Assembly: GCA_003971905.1 (NCBI GenBank)
Contig: RSEE01000029.1
Location: forward strand, 310,001 to 374,000
DNA length: 64,000 bases
Direction: 5' to 3'
Origin: Moniliella sp. 'wahieum'
Lineage: Eukaryota
The notes beneath the pieces are model-generated. The model was not told where the DNA came from. It saw only the letters and a list, made by a program, of their open reading frames with translations, and did not search any database. Positions 63,718 to 64,000 of the stretch are shown piece after piece (positions within the stretch are counted from its first letter, which is position 1; every line of letters starts with the position of its first letter). Both the position numbers and the translations under genes were made by a program.

Positions 63718-64000
63718 TGGCGCTTATCGACCAGCCTGTCCCTGCCCTGTTCACCCTGTTCGTATCCTGTTGTTGCACCTATTCTACCTTCTACCACCCT
63801 TACGAATTTACGACTTATGTGACCCCTCTGCCAGGACTCGCAGTAGCGCTTGCTTTTCATTACGACTTTGTCTGATTCCGTCTGCTACAGCGCCTCGAGT
63901 GTGGTAAAGCCACCCGGAAACCGCATTACCCCGGAACTCCTGGACCCCTTCAGTGGTCTGACGACCTACAACGCAGCTCCTACCTCGGAGGGTCTGACCT
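63718..64000 (+). CDS. Possible 5' end of an unidentified gene running out of the window
   Basis: ATG at about 63718 (MALIDQPVPALFTLF), a possible intron GTATCC...CTGAT...TACAG ending near 63890, then open frames to the window end. No family recognised. Confidence 0.2.

Overview
Eukaryotic (fungal) genomic DNA: GC-rich and intron-poor, with short GT-AG introns carrying CTRAY branch points. The gene models fit a basidiomycete, probably Ustilaginomycotina (inference). The window holds about 17 protein-coding genes and one intron-containing tRNA-Asp(GUC). In order: a Ser/Thr-rich GPI protein (5'-truncated), a Tea4/Bud14 SH3-RA polarity scaffold, a RhoGAP, a MATE transporter, an orphan disordered protein with PAM2-like and RVxF-like motifs, a Swi6/Cdc10-type APSES-ankyrin factor, condensin kleisin Brn1, a conserved fungal hypothetical, a Cys-glutathione peroxidase, a nucleoside hydrolase, Vma4, Cab2, Mcm3, Fks1, the fluoride exporter Fex, enolase and an atypical mitochondrial carrier-like protein. 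Many genes, including essential ones, carry 1-nt frameshifts, most likely uncorrected long-read indels, so gene ends are approximate. The main unexplained signals are: (1) intergenic stutter arrays obeying a TNA + short-palindrome rule with about 7-nt period; (2) a G.U-rich double-hairpin ncRNA candidate behind its own TATA box at about 37.3 kb; (3) tail-to-tail FEX and enolase; (4) the PAM2/RVxF orphan. No intact transposon and no CRISPR array were found.
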